Part shown: one piece after another, positions 33,386 to 46,354 of the stretch
Layout of the letters: each line of letters opens with the position of its first letter
Numbering within the stretch: the first letter of the stretch is position 1
Source: Eledone cirrhosa
Taxonomy: Eukaryota
NCBI GenBank assembly: GCA_964016885.1
Contig: OZ024748.1
Span: 2,108,001-2,172,000, forward strand
Reading direction: 5' to 3'
Length of the DNA: 64,000 nt
Position numbers and translations under genes: made by a program
The notes under the pieces: model-generated
What the model saw: only the letters and a program-made list of their open reading frames with translations
Databases searched by the model: none
What the model was told of the DNA's origin: nothing

Positions 33386-34271
33386 TATCATAGGCTCAAA
33401 GCCTCCAATTTGAAATGCTGAAGACTGAAGTTGATTTAATCGACCCTAGTACTTGGCTGTAGTTTTATCAGTATGTAAACCTTTTGTGAGGTAAAGATGG
33501 TTTATCCAGTTGAGACAGTAAAAGTATATCACTGATGTTTATGTTTGACTTTATTGTGGAAGAGAAATTTAATTATTACAAGAGGATGTTGTAGTTTGCA
33601 TTGTGGGAAATGTAGAAAATTATTGTTTTTAAGATGGCTACAGCAATGCAGATGTGTAATTATATATCTAAAAAATGATAACAAAGTTTTATTACTCCTT
33701 AATATTTTTAGGATATTAGTACCTCACTTCATTCAACATTTACAACCATAATTTAGATTAGAACATAGCTTAGAACACATACCATGTGACCATTTACTAC
33801 TTCCAGTGTTGAAAAAAAAACATCACTTTCAGATTAAAAAGTACCAGCATAAGAACAATACAAGATATCCTGCTCTAATTTTGGTTCCCCAACCCTTCTA
33901 TTGATGAGGGGATTTTTATCCCGAAATATTAAAGACTAATTAAATACTTCCAAGGAAACATTCTAAAGTTTTTGTTATTATTAACATTTGGTTTCTGGCT
34001 CATTTCATTCTGAATCCAAATCCTATTGAGATCAGTTTTACCTTTCATCCTTCTGGGACCAATAAAATAAAGCACCTGTTAAGTATTGGTATTAATTCAA
34101 TCAAACCCACCCCCTCCAAATTACTGGCCTTTTGTCTTTGTTAGAAATCATTACTTTTTAATATCTAATGTCCAATTTATTTGCTGTAGCCCCTAAAAAA
34201 CACAACATTTTAATTAATAAAATTTTGAAATTAACTTCTTATTTCTATTTCTATTTATTTCTTCTTGTCAG

Positions 34272-34336
34272 GATGCTTCCATTTGCCATCGTTTCCATAC
34301 AATGAGAGAAAAACATCCGGAGAAGTTCAATAGTAG
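34272..34336 (+). CDS. DGK: DGK exon ([21 protein letters not shown])
   Basis: FHxMREKxPEKFNSR is typical of type I DGK; GTCAG| and |GTTAGT. Confidence 0.97.
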
Positions 34337-34749
34337 GTTAGTAGGAGACTGGAATATTTTGATATATTTCCTGCTTTATATGTTAGTTTTTGTTGGGGAA
34401 AAAATGAAAATGTGGCCAGTAGCAGTCAAGGCAGTGAGCTTATATTGTTTACTTTACAAACACTTGTTCTTGGATTCTATCCTACTGTGTGACACATTGG
34501 GCAAATGTTTTCTACATTAGCTCTTGGTTGATCAATGCATTATTAGTGAATATGGTAGATGGAAACCTTTGTATGTGTGTGTACGTGTGTGTGTGCATGT
34601 AAATGTGGTTGGCATTAGGAAGGGCATCCAGCCATAGAAACTAAGCCAGAAACAGTTCTGCATGAGCAAGGCGCGGTCATCTGATCAGGCTTGTTTCACA
34701 ACAGTACAACTCGTCTAACCCATGGAAAAATGGATGTTAATCAGTGATG

Positions 34750-34826
<77 letters not shown>

Positions 34827-35190
34827 AGTGTTTGTCTCTCCTCTTCTCTTTACATTCCCAACATTACAAGCAGTGGTATTTGATTATATTTGATGTAAAC
34901 AGAGATTTCACTGCTCAGCAATTAGATAGTCAAAGATCTGTGACTAGCATAAAAAATTAAATGAGAATTGGCATTGGGATAGGCATCTGGTTATAGAATT
35001 CAGCCACAAAATATCTCATCTAATTTCATGTGAAGTGAAATTGTAACCATTCAACCATGCTGCATTGGTTACTGGTCAGATGGTCATTTTATCTTTTTTT
35101 ATTTTTGTTTATGAGAAATTTTAGACTTGAAATAGTTTTGACTGCAGTGAATAGATTAACAACTGAGTGAATTATGTATATTTATTGCAG

Positions 35191-35281
35191 AATAAAGAAC
35201 AAAATGTGGTATTTCGAATTTGGTACATCAGAAACGTTTTCTTCAACTTGCAAGAACCTGCATGAAAATATTGAAGTATCG
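35191..35281 (+). CDS. DGK: DGK exon ([31 protein letters not shown])
   Basis: [15 protein letters not shown] motif; TTGCAG| and |GTATGT. Confidence 0.97.
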
Positions 35282-35768
35282 GTATGTATGTTTAGTTTTC
35301 TTTTCTTAATCTTGGCATTATTTGAAGATAATGTCTGATTTTCCCTACCAGACATCGGATGATTCCATTTCACAGTCTACTCCAACACAATAAATCCCAG
35401 TTTTAGTAGGACAATAAGATGAGATGGTCATAGCTAGAATGCCTTTCACCATGAAGAAAAGTCACCATAAAGATCAGTATGTATGTCACTTAGACACACC
35501 CAAATTTACCTCAAATGACGCTCCACTGACACAAAAAAGGACATATTGAGTAATGTAGTCTTTGTTTTGTTTTTTTAATATCTTAGTCCCATGAAAAATG
35601 GCTGTTTACATGAACATTTGATTTCCTCCTCTCTTAGATAGAAAGCATGTATTCTATTATGAATTTCATATAATTCTTTAAATAATTGTCCCTTGTAATT
35701 TTTTTCATCAATGTTTTGAATGGCTAATCTGTCAATTACTTCACCTTTTGTGAATTTTATTTTTACAG

Positions 35769-35976
35769 TGTGAAGATTGTTCTTTAGAAGTACACAAAGG
35801 TCCTGGCCTTGAAGGTATTGCCATGTTAAATATACCAACCATTTATGGTGGAGCATCTTTGTGGGGTGAAAACCCAACCAAAAAACAGAAACAAAAGTTA
35901 CTTAAGAGTGTCAAGAAAAAGAAAGACCAAAAGCAGTATCCTCAGAGCAAAACTGAACTCCAAGCTTGCATTTCAG
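35769..35976 (+). CDS. DGK: DGK exon (CEDCSLEV...LEGIAMLNIPTIYGGASLWGE...QACIS)
   Basis: LEGIAxLNIP..GG..LWG motif; TTTTACAG| and |GTAAGT. Confidence 0.97.
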
Positions 35977-36077
35977 GTAAGTTATGGTCTTTCTTAATGT
36001 AAACCTCAATACTCATGTCCACTTTTGTCCATTCCCTTTAACTTATGCCTAAATCTGGCACATGTTATATATATATA

Positions 36078-36195
36078 GGGTGAGTAAAATTGCTGAGATC
36101 CATGGACGAGTTCTCTCCAGCGGTCTCTGTCCTTCATCATAGCCACCAAGTCCTGCATCTCCCAGAGACCAGTGTCTGTCCTTAGGGCATCAATA
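36078..36195 (-). mobile_element. Short 3' fragment of a second RTE-like LINE
   Basis: Minus-strand translation IDALRTDTGLWEMQDLVAMMKDRDRWRELV carries the DRxxWR C-terminal motif; flanked by (TA)n. Confidence 0.6.
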
Positions 36196-36527
36196 TATAT
36201 ATATATATATATACAATATATATACTTCTAGCTTCTACAACAATAACCATGCTAAATCTGAATAAATCTCTTAAAACTGATATTGTATTGATAGTTGATA
36301 ACATTCACTGTAGAAGTGTATATAAGTTGACTTGATAGCTAGTTTCACTATTTTGACTTCAAGTCTAGCTGGGTTTTCTTTAATTTTATTTGTTCTAGAA
36401 TTAATGATTTAAGTACCAGGTGTCGATCAAGCTACTTTATTCTAAAAGTTTCTCTCACAGAAATGTCCATATGTCTAATAAAGAAAAAACAACAACAACA
36501 AAATTGATGTATTTTTGTATATTACAG

Positions 36528-36645
36528 ATATTGGTGATAAAGTATTTGAAGTTGCTGCAGTGGAAAACAGCCTTCATGCTGGAATGGTTAGCGGCAAAGT
36601 TAGGTCTGGTAACCGATTAGCACAGACAGCATCATTAAAAATAAA
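36528..36645 (+). CDS. DGK: DGK exon (DIGDKVFEVAAVENSLHAGMVSGKVRSGNRLAQTASLKI)
   Basis: DxxDxxxEV and RLAQ motifs; TTACAG| and |GTAAGT. Confidence 0.96.
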
Positions 36646-36762
36646 GTAAGTCTTACAATTTCATGCTAAACCTTTCCAGTTTTCACATTTTGTTAATTCT
36701 GCATATTCCTTCACTTTGGAAGCTGTCTATGAGAATTAAATTAATCCTTGTTTATTTTACAG

Positions 36763-36823
36763 GACCAAAACGCGGGTGCCAATGCAAATTGATGGAGAAC
36801 CTTGGGTACAAAATCCTTGTACG
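36763..36823 (+). CDS. DGK: DGK exon (KTKTRVPMQIDGEPWVQNPCT)
   Basis: PMQIDGEPW signature; TTTTACAG| and |GTAAGA. Confidence 0.97.
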
Positions 36824-37439
36824 GTAAGATTATAATTCAATACTAGTTGTTCACCAAATTTGGGATAGGGGTTCAAATATTTCTGGCTCCATACCAATGT
36901 ACCAGTTGAACTCCCAGGCACTGGAATCTAACATCACTTTGATGTCAACAACATAAACTATAAAGACTATATTTGTTTCATAAGAAACATGTTAAAATAT
37001 ACTTATAAAATATTAAGGAGATTGAAATATCAATTAAACCTTTATTAAATTAACTTCATTAAATTAAATTCATATAAATTTATCATAAATTCATTATAAT
37101 TATAATTGCAATGAAATTATAATAATTTTTCATGAATTTAATTACAAATCTGATAGGAATTCATAAAATTAAATTAAATTCATACAAAATAAATTTACAT
37201 GCCAAAAAAAAAAAAAAATATGGATTCAAAATTTTTAAAAACATTGTTTCATATTCTTTTAAAACTTATCCCTTATTTATTTTTCTTGGTGTTTTAGAAT
37301 TTTGGCGTCATAAACACCAATAATTAGTTAAGGGTGTTACCAAAATTCAAAGATAAAAGAAAACTGCTGTTAGTTGCATATCATTCATTTTGAGTGCAGC
37401 TTATCTGAATAGTTCTGAAGTTAGGATATTGGAGATAGG

Positions 37440-37754
37440 CAGCGCCAGATTTTATTGCGGGGGGGGGGGGGGGGAGCAATTGCCCCGGCTCCCCTGCAGT
37501 TAGGGGCCTCACCATCGACAGCCATAGTCATTTTTCTGTGCCCTCAGTAGGGCTTTTTAGTTATAGGATGGCTATATTTTTTTAATTTAATACCTGTATG
37601 TATAACTTTTCAATTCCAATTACTTGCACCAAGTTAACTTTGATATGTAAAATTGGTGGGGTTTGCTGTGTATTCTAATGTTTTGTATATGAGGGGCTCC
37701 CCAAACCTGAAATGCCCCCCCCCCCCCCCATCCCCAGATCTAAATCCAACCCTG
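37440..37754. mobile_element. MITE (CAGGGCCGGATTT-type TIR family)
   Basis: Ends CAGCGCCAGATTT and AAATCCAACCCTG; internal TAACTTTTCAATTCCAATTACTTGCACCAAGTTAACTTTGATATGTAAAATTG is identical to the copy at 63424-63688. Confidence 0.75.
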
Positions 37755-37953
37755 TTCAGACCTAGAGACAGGATGGGCTCTGCCAGGTTTTCAAATAACC
37801 AAGACATGTCAAAAGTCACTACAGAACCTTTACGACTCCCCCAGGAGTTTGGGGTTGGGTCTTACATGCATTAAAAATATTAAGGAAACTTTTTATTTTA
37901 ACATTCATATCTAAATTGTTCTTCTAATGTTGTATTATCTTTTCTATATGCAG

Positions 37954-38043
37954 ATAGTCATATCTCATAAAAACCAAGCACCGATGCTCATGGGACCGAG
38001 AGAAAAGGCCCCAAGTTCTGGATTCCTTAAAATATTCCGATGA
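37954..38043 (+). CDS. DGK: DGK last coding exon (IVISHKNQAPMLMGPREKAPSSGFLKIFR*)
   Basis: HKNQAPMLMGP is characteristic of type I DGK C-termini; ATGCAG| acceptor; TGA at 38041-38043. Confidence 0.96.
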   Translation: MVISHKNQAPMLMGPREKAPSSGFLKIFR

Positions 38044-38504
38044 AGAATGTCAGGTAGGATAATCTACGGTTTTGATTTTAAATTTTCCTGGGTTTTTTTC
38101 TTTTGTTCCTTGGATTGTTATTGGGAAAATATTTGTTGTTAGTATTCCGTTGCAATTGAAGAAGAGGCTGAGATAGATGATACTTTAATAGTCAAGTACT
38201 TGGAAATGTTTAGGTTAATATGCAGATCAGATCAGTTGGAAGACAGGTTGGCATGTGGATGATTTTTCAGGATCCTATGAGCTTCAATTTCTTGTTTATT
38301 TGTTTTTTTTTAATTCCATTCTCTTATTTGTAAATATATTGCTGTGTATATCCTATTTAGAAGAGATACACCATATCCCTGCATGTTGTATGAAGTAACT
38401 AAATACATGGTGTCAAGATGGCATCTAGCCATGAAGCATTGCATCACAAAGGACTTTTGTTCTTGAAATTCATTAATTCTTAAATTAACTGTAGAAATTA
38501 ATGG

Positions 38505-38665
38505 AAACCAGAGTATTGTGAGATAAACCAGGGGATTATGAGGTAAACCAATGTGTTGTGGGGTAAACCATGGCATTATGAGGTAAACCACTACGTTGTG
38601 AAATAAACCAGTGTTGTGAGATATACTACTATATTGTATGGTAAACCAGGGTGTTGTGAGGTAAG
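38505..38665. repeat. Degenerate ~20-bp tandem repeat
   Basis: Recurring (G/A)TAAACCA...TTGTGAG/TTATGAG units. Confidence 0.75.
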
Positions 38666-39662
38666 CCACCCATCAAAGTAAAATTGTTTATTTTTAATAT
38701 GTAGAAAGTGACAGACAGACAGATAAAGAGATAGATAGACAGATATGATATTAATACATTTGTACCAGAGTAAGTCAGGATAGTGATATTGATGGTGGTG
38801 AAGGTAGTGGTAATGTTGATGTTAATGGAAATGGAGAAAAAGAGAGAAGATACAGTTAGTGTGAGAAGTACTACTACCATTTGTTATTATTATAATGGTT
38901 GTGTTGGTTAGAGTTGGTGGATGTGGCAATGTCACTACTACTAATATTAATACTAATACCACCACTCATACCAAGATTGCCAACAATATATTTTTTATCA
39001 TTTTTTTTTGTATTATTTCTAAAAATACCTCATCACTGTTGCATAAAATTAGGAATAAATACTTAAATCTATGTAGTATATAAATAATTTCAACTTTGAA
39101 TCTTAAATATGAGAATTTCTTTTATTCAAGACATATACTTTTTACAATTTTAGCATGAGATAGTAACTAGTTTTAGTTCAATAAAATTAGTTGAAATAGA
39201 TTTTTATTGATTTGCTTTTATTTTTATGATAAGTTGTTCTGTCAAATATCAAAATTATTGGAAAATTAGCTGAGATTCAAATTATAAAATGTGACCTGTA
39301 ATATTTTACTGCAATATTTATAGTAATGTCATAGAGAAGATGAATAATTTGTGTTTCATGTGGAATTTCCGTGTATCTGACTAATTAAATATTAGTATTT
39401 TATATTTCCTGTTAATATGGAATAATCAGAAAATATAATTGACATTCTTAGCAAGGAAAAGTTTGTTTAATTTTTTTTTTATCAACATCATCATTTTATA
39501 TATGTTTTTTTTTGTTTTTGTTTTCCATATTAGCATGGGTTGGATGGGTCACTGTAGACTAAATCAGTACTTAATCAGAGCCATTATCCTTCTAGACAGA
39601 AATTTATGCAAAGATGTGTGTGACTTCACAGTATGAATTCATAGTTTCTACATCTTTATTTG

Positions 39663-39900
39663 AAGGTGTGTGACCTAGTGCTTAGGGTGTTAGACTGTAA
39701 TGCCTCAGGTTTAATTCTTGGACCTGGTGGTGAATTATCTTCTTAAGTAAAACACTTCTTTTCATACTGCTTCAGTCCACTCAGATAGAGCAGGGGGTTA
39801 ACACTATGATGGACTGGTATCCTGTCCAGGTGGCAGTCTTGTACTCTCAGTCGCTCAACACCAATGAAATTGATATAAACACCTAAACCCTGAGCTTCAA
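39663..39900 (+). mobile_element. Diverged tRNA-derived SINE
   Basis: GTGACCTAGTGCTTAGGG head, CAGTCCACTCAG and GATGGACTGGTATCCTGTCCAGG; an inverted relative lies at ~52490-52650. Confidence 0.6.
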
Positions 39901-39919
39901 ACAGACATTTTTACATCAT

Positions 39920-40190
39920 TATTGATGTCAATACAATTTATGTCCCTTGTGAGGTGGTCTTCTCATCTTCTTTAGGATTTCCATCACCTTTAGACATATG
40001 TCAGTTGTGCTGACTTCAATGTCAGACATTCTGTGTTTCTTCACACACTCGATCAGTTCAACTGCCAACCCAAGAAAAGTCACACATTTTTCCCTGTCAA
40101 CTTCTTTGGCTAAGGCATGGACTAAAGTTTGGACTTGTTTTTCTGCCACATTTTGATATTAGACAAACAGCCAACTGCTGCCCAGATTCC
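39920..40190 (-). pseudogene. Possible piggyBac-like transposase fragment
   Basis: ORF 39928-40149 ends ...KGHKLY, resembling the GHxLYxDN segment of piggyBac transposases; the DN is not preserved. Confidence 0.35.
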
Positions 40191-40206
40191 ATTATATATA
40201 TATATA

Positions 40207-40398
40207 GGGGCGGTGGATTGGCAGTATCGGTAGAGGGTCGGACGCCATGCTTTCCAGCATAGTTATGTCCCTTTACGATCTGAGTTCAAATCCTGCCGAG
40301 GTTGACTTTGCCTTTCATCCTTACGGGGTCAATAAAATAAAGTACCAGTAATGCACTGGGTAATTGCTGGCCTTGTGCCTAAAGTAGAAACAATTATT
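40207..40398 (+). mobile_element. tRNA-derived SINE (second family), full length
   Basis: Closely matches 21467-21651 and 57907-58095. Confidence 0.9.
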
Positions 40399-40460
40399 TT
40401 TTTCAATTTACAGGGAAATTCATATTTTTTTACATGTTTACATACCTCCGAATTAGATGC

Positions 40461-40515
<55 letters not shown>

Positions 40516-40587
40516 TTTATCCCAGGTTCAATCGGGGTAACCACAGTAAGTAAGGTACTCAATACATAACAGTGTATAAATATTTAA

Positions 40588-40698
40588 TATAGAAAGGCTT
40601 CTACAGGACTAGAGCTGTTTCATTCGGTAGAAATCATCAGGAATCCTGCTGATTTCTGCCAAATGAAACAGTTCTAGTCCTGTAGAAGCCTTTCTATA
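40588..40698. repeat. Palindrome (55-bp arms) with hammerhead-core-like motifs
   Basis: TATAGAAAGGCTTCTACAGGACTAGA...CAGGA-A-TCCTG...TCTAGTCCTGTAGAAGCCTTTCTATA. Confidence 0.9.
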
Positions 40699-40705
40699 CA
40701 TATAA

Positions 40706-40750
<45 letters not shown>

Positions 40751-40896
40751 TTTAGTATATGTTGGTTGTATACCAACACCTCAGTATGCAGATTGGAGCA
40801 CTCGACGAAGTGCGCAGGTTGGTTTGGTTACTCCGGAGTAATGGAAAATAAAATAAAATAAATAAGTCAAATGTTTAAAATTTGGCTTCGTTTATT

Positions 40897-40951
40897 ACTG
40901 CTATATATATTTCTGTGACAGCCATCTTTGGCTGTGACCTTTTCAGGCAGC
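40897..40951 (-). ncRNA. Hammerhead motif, probably inactive copy (G8A)
   Basis: Minus strand: GCTGC-CTGAAAA-GGTCACAGCCAAAGATGGCTGTCACA-GAAA-TATATA-TA^GCAGT. Confidence 0.5.
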
Positions 40952-41145
40952 CCGAATTAGTGTGGTAGAGACGAGTACACTTGTTGTTGAGGTGTTTAAC
41001 TTTGTCAATACTCTGATATGCCCAGTTCCTGGTTGGGTTGTTATTTCACTGAGGAACTGGAATCATATGATTCCAGTTCCTTAGTGAAATAACAAAGTTA
41101 TACACCTCAACAACATGTGTACTCGTCTCTACCACACTAATTCAG

Positions 41146-41200
41146 ACTGCCTGAAGAGGTCACAGCCAAAGATGGCTGTCACAGAAATATATATAGCAGT
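41146..41200 (+). ncRNA. Minimal type I hammerhead motif
   Basis: ACTGC-CTGAAGA-GGTCACAGCC(AAAGAT)GGCTGTCACA-GAAA-TATATA-TA^GCAGT, then AATAAA; G/A mismatch at the base of stem II. Confidence 0.65.
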
Positions 41201-42506
41201 AATAAACGAAGCCAAATTTTAAACATTTGACTTATTTATTTTATTTTATTTTATATATATATATATATATAAATATACACACACACATTGGTGCAGTTTC
41301 GGTTAAACATTCTATATTTATACAGATATAACTTTATCATCCATTTCAGCTGCTAGGGCACCTTTTATTATATATATTATATATATTTTATATTATATAT
41401 ATTTATGTAGTGCTTTTTTCTTACTAATTTCAGTGTCAAGACAACTGATGTGATGTGACAAAAATACCTATGTGTCATGGATAGGTCAACATTACTGTTT
41501 TTCATCTCTGAACAATCATGAACAGTGAGGAATGTGCTATAGATATGCAGAGTTACCATCTCTGGGATAGACAAACTCTTTGCTACTACTACTACTCCTA
41601 CTACTACTATTACTCCTACTACTACTACTCCTATTATTTTATCTATATATATTTCTTTTTCCATCCTTTCTCCTACATAATATTTCAAAAGGTTATTTAA
41701 AAAAAAAAATATTAATGATAATAATAATACTTAATAACCAAAAAAATATTAAATTAGAATCTAGTTTAATCTATGTTGTCATACACTTCCCTTTCTGCCT
41801 ATATTGGAATGTACACCCATCAGCTGCTTTATTTCTTTGTCACTTCATCCTTCTATCCCTCTTGCAGAATCCCTTAAATATTGTCATACAATGACACACA
41901 ATGGGAAATATTAAAGAATCCTTCTATAATATCATCAAATTGGCCTTATTATCTATCCATGCCAGTCTTGCTCAGTTTTATCTGCTTACATCTGTCAATA
42001 TAGAATATTTTTAGTTCCTCCAATTTTCCTTATTAAAATGCTAAATTAGCATATTTTTAATTTTTAAATGTTCCTTGTTTTGGGGGTGAAGGAGGGGGGG
42101 CGATTTAATTTTTTTTAATATTTAAAATCATGCTCAATTTTTATTTTATTTTTTTATATTTTATTTATTTATAATTCATTTTTTTTTTTAAATATTTAGG
42201 GGGCTGTTTGTCCTCAGTGTAAAAATAATAAAGAAGAAAAACATGAACCTACAGATGAGGTTTTCTTAATCTTTTATCTTACCATTTAACTCTATATCTC
42301 TATCTAATGATGGAAAATTAATTTAACCAACCCAATGGTAAATCATAGGAGGAACATGGATATCATATATACATTCATGGACATTTTTTCAAAGATAATG
42401 AAAAAACTGTACCAAAAAATAAACAAAAAACAACAACAAAAAATATATATCCATTATTGCATGATAAGCTAAAGTTTATTTATTTATTTTAATTTTACTA
42501 CTATTA

Positions 42507-42536
<30 letters not shown>

Positions 42537-42537
<1 letters not shown>

Positions 42538-42930
42538 CCTTACGGGGTTGATAAAATAAAGTACCAGTATCACACTGGGGTCGATTTAATCAATTTTCCC
42601 CTCCCCCAAAACCATTATTTACGGTTGATAGAATAAAGTACCAGTATCACACTGGGGTCGATTTAATCAACTTTTCCCTCCCCTTCAAATTGCTGGCTTT
42701 GTGCCAAAATATTATTATTATTATTGTTTTGGTGGATTGGCAGAATTGGTAGAGCATCAGACAAAATACTTTGCAGTGTTCTAGCTCTTCACATTCTGAA
42801 GTCAAATCCCACCGAGGTCAACTTTGCCTTTCATCCTTCCAAGGTTGATAAAATACAGTGAAGTCAATATAATCGACTTCCCCACCCCCTTCAAATTGCT
42901 GGCCTTGTGCCAAAAGTAGAAACAATTATT
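42537..42930 (+). mobile_element. Cluster of SINE copies and fragments (second family) in (TTA)n
   Basis: Tandem GGTTGATAAAATAAAGTACCAGTATCACACTGGGGTCG fragments plus a full copy at ~42730-42930. Confidence 0.8.
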
Positions 42931-43579
42931 ATTGATTTTTTTTTTTATTATTATTGATATTTTTTTAAGATACTGAACAAGAAACCATCCTAATTAATAC
43001 TACTAATTGTAATCTAATTAAATAGTTGGTTTTTCATCAATTAAAAACACTATCACACCCCATCCACCATGCCCTCATCTGCCCCCACTCCCCACCCTTT
43101 ATAATGCCACTATGACCTATGTGCCTGACTTAATCATAACAATGCACTCTTCTTTCTTGTTTTTTTTTTGTTTTTTTGTAACAACAACAAAACCAACAAC
43201 AACAACATAATAATAATGATGATAATAGTAATAACAACAACAATAACAATAACAATAATAATAATGTATTGTAGCACTTGGTCCTCATCTCGTCCTGATC
43301 AGAAGAAGACTTCCATATTTCTTGGTGTATCTTTTGCTCAATATTTCAAATAAGATCCTTTATCTACATAACTTATCAAACCAAAGTGCTTCAAGCTTTC
43401 TCTTATCCTTCCTCTCTTCCTCTATCACTCTCTCACTCACTCACTCACTCACTCTCTCTCTCTCTTTCTCTCTCTCTCTCTATCTCTTTTTTGTCCATCC
43501 AATTCTTTATTTTTTTTCCTGTCAGTTGCCTTGAATATAATGAAGGTTTTCATTATTATTATTATTACTGTTATTTCAA

Positions 43580-43684
43580 CAACAACTACAACTACTACCA
43601 ATAGTACTACTACTACTACCACCAATAGTACTACTACTACTACTACCACCAATAGTACTATTACTATTACTACTACTACCACCA

Positions 43685-43736
<52 letters not shown>

Positions 43737-43824
43737 ATAGTACTATTACTATTACTACTATTACCACCACCAACTACTACTACTACCACCAATAGTACTA
43801 TTACTATTACTACTACTACCACCA

Positions 43825-43885
<61 letters not shown>

Positions 43886-44030
43886 ATAGTACTATTACTA
43901 TTACTACTATTACCACCACCAACTACTACTACTACCACCAATAGTACTATTACTATTACTACTATTACCACCAACTACTACTACTACTACCACCAATAGT
44001 ACTATTACTATTACTACTATTACCACCAAC

Positions 44031-44062
<32 letters not shown>

Positions 44063-44217
44063 ATAGTACTATTACTATTACTACTATTACCACCAACTAC
44101 TACTACTGCTACTATTACCACCAATAGTACTATTACTATTACTACTATTACCACCAACTACTACTACTACTACTACCACCACCAATAGTACTATTACTAT
44201 TACTACTACTACCACCA

Positions 44218-44257
<40 letters not shown>

Positions 44258-44321
44258 ATAGTACTATTACTATTACTACTATTACCACCACCGCCACCAA
44301 CTACTACTACTACCACTACTA

Positions 44322-44360
<39 letters not shown>

Positions 44361-44361
44361 T
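43580..44361. repeat. (TAC)n/(CAC)n complex satellite with higher-order unit CCACCAATAGTACTATTACTATTACTACTA
   Basis: Directly visible. Confidence 0.92.
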
Positions 44362-44751
44362 GGATGTGATCTTGCAATATTATAAATTTGCTTTCAATTC
44401 AGTCTGTTTCTCCTCACTGCCTCCAATGTCGACTTCTGACTGACTTAGTAGTCAGAATAAAAATTAGAATCTGAATGGTTTCCATTATGACTGTAACACA
44501 CATAGACAGATACACATGCACACACATAGACAGATACACATATGCACAGGTTGACATATACATGCGTGCACACACACACACACTCATGGGCACTCTAGCA
44601 CAAATATCTTCTCATAAACATATCTTACACATACAAACACATGTATATACATACATGTATGTGTGTGTGTATATAAAATATATATATATCATCGTCATCA
44701 TTTAACATCTGCTTTCATTGCTAGCAAGGGTTGGACATGTCTGTGTGTATG

Positions 44752-44806
<55 letters not shown>

Positions 44807-45121
44807 ACATATCCACACACATGCATACACACATACTTGATTCTCAAATTCTCAAACCCCAACAACATTTTCACCACACTTGACTAAAATTCTGAAATAT
44901 CAATAGTTTGTGTGCGTGAAGGTAGATGAGTGAGTGTGTGTGTGTGTGCATGTGTGTCACTTGTCAGTGTGAATATACATATATATATATATATCCACAC
45001 ACACACCTATATATATATATGTGTCTGCGTGTGTATGCATATGTATATATATGTGTGTGTATGTATATATATGTATATATGTATATGTATGTATATATAT
45101 GTATATATGTATATATATGTA

Positions 45122-45177
<56 letters not shown>

Positions 45178-46312
45178 TATATATAATCAGCAGAAAATGC
45201 ACAGTCATATGACCCAAAAAATATTACAATTCAAGCAAATTACTAAAAAATTATTTTTATCAAACTACTTAATTACAACTATATACAAGTTAATCAAATT
45301 TTTAAATGCTAAGAAACTTCTTTATAAATTATAGTTTCTGATTCTTTTATTCCATATATTTTCATGCTTTCCTCACTCTTTACTTTCAGTTTATCTAAAC
45401 TTTCTTTATTTTTCAAATTTGGCTTTAAAAAAATTTTTTTTCTGTCTTTTACTTATGTTTTTATGCATATCCAGTAAAATTCAAATTTTTTTTTTTTTTT
45501 TGTCACCTCACTATAACAAATCAACCAAGTATGTTTTTAGTTTTCTGACTGACAAAACAAAAGGGATTCTTTTTTTAAAATTACATCCTCGACCCAATTT
45601 TTAAAGAAATATATGCTTAATTTTTTTTTTATGTTTTTATATTATATATAATTCATGTTTTATTAAAATTATCATCATTAAAATGTTATTTGTATTCCCA
45701 AACAAAAAAAAATGAAAGCAAATGTTAAAAATATCAACAAAAAAATTACAAAATAATAAAATAATACAAAAAAAAAATGATGTTATCTTTGCCATCACCT
45801 GCCAAAATTAGTTCTGGTTTTATAACTAATTCTGTTCCCGGCTCCTGTATTCCTCAAGCTAGCTCTATTGTACAGCTTCTCTGCTTAGAGTGCAGGATTT
45901 TTGCAGTTACAGAATCTAATCTGTCCTTCATTCTCCCTTTTTAGGGGCTTTTCTGGATTTATTTCCCAATTTATCTATTTATGTTGATAGAAAATTCAAG
46001 GGAAAAATACTATTCCACAGAAAATTCAATAAAATGTAGTAATGGTGTATAAATCATAGTCCCTTATGTGTCTATATATGAATATGTGTTTGTGTGTGTG
46101 TATATATATATATATATATGTCCAGACCCATGCTAGCGTGGAAAATGGACGTTAAATGATGATGATGATGATTATATATATATATATATATATATATATC
46201 TCAAGCTCCTTATATTTAAGTTGCTTGAGGTTGTGTATATCCCTAGGGAAAGATATTTTATCGACCCTTCAGTGATATGTATTACATATATGTGTGGGTG
46301 TGTGTATGTATT

Positions 46313-46354
<42 letters not shown>

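Larger units (their letters stand above)
40845..41252. repeat. ~400-bp palindrome centred at 41066/41067, Penelope-terminus-like
   Basis: Outer arms 40845-41003 and 41094-41252; inner arms 41038-41066 and 41067-41095; ~33-nt bulge in the left arm. Confidence 0.92.

Noticed and set aside
35870-35935. Polybasic stretch KKQKQKLLKSVKKKK as a novel signal
   Set aside because: A basic insert after LWGE also occurs in vertebrate type I DGKs, so it is not unusual.
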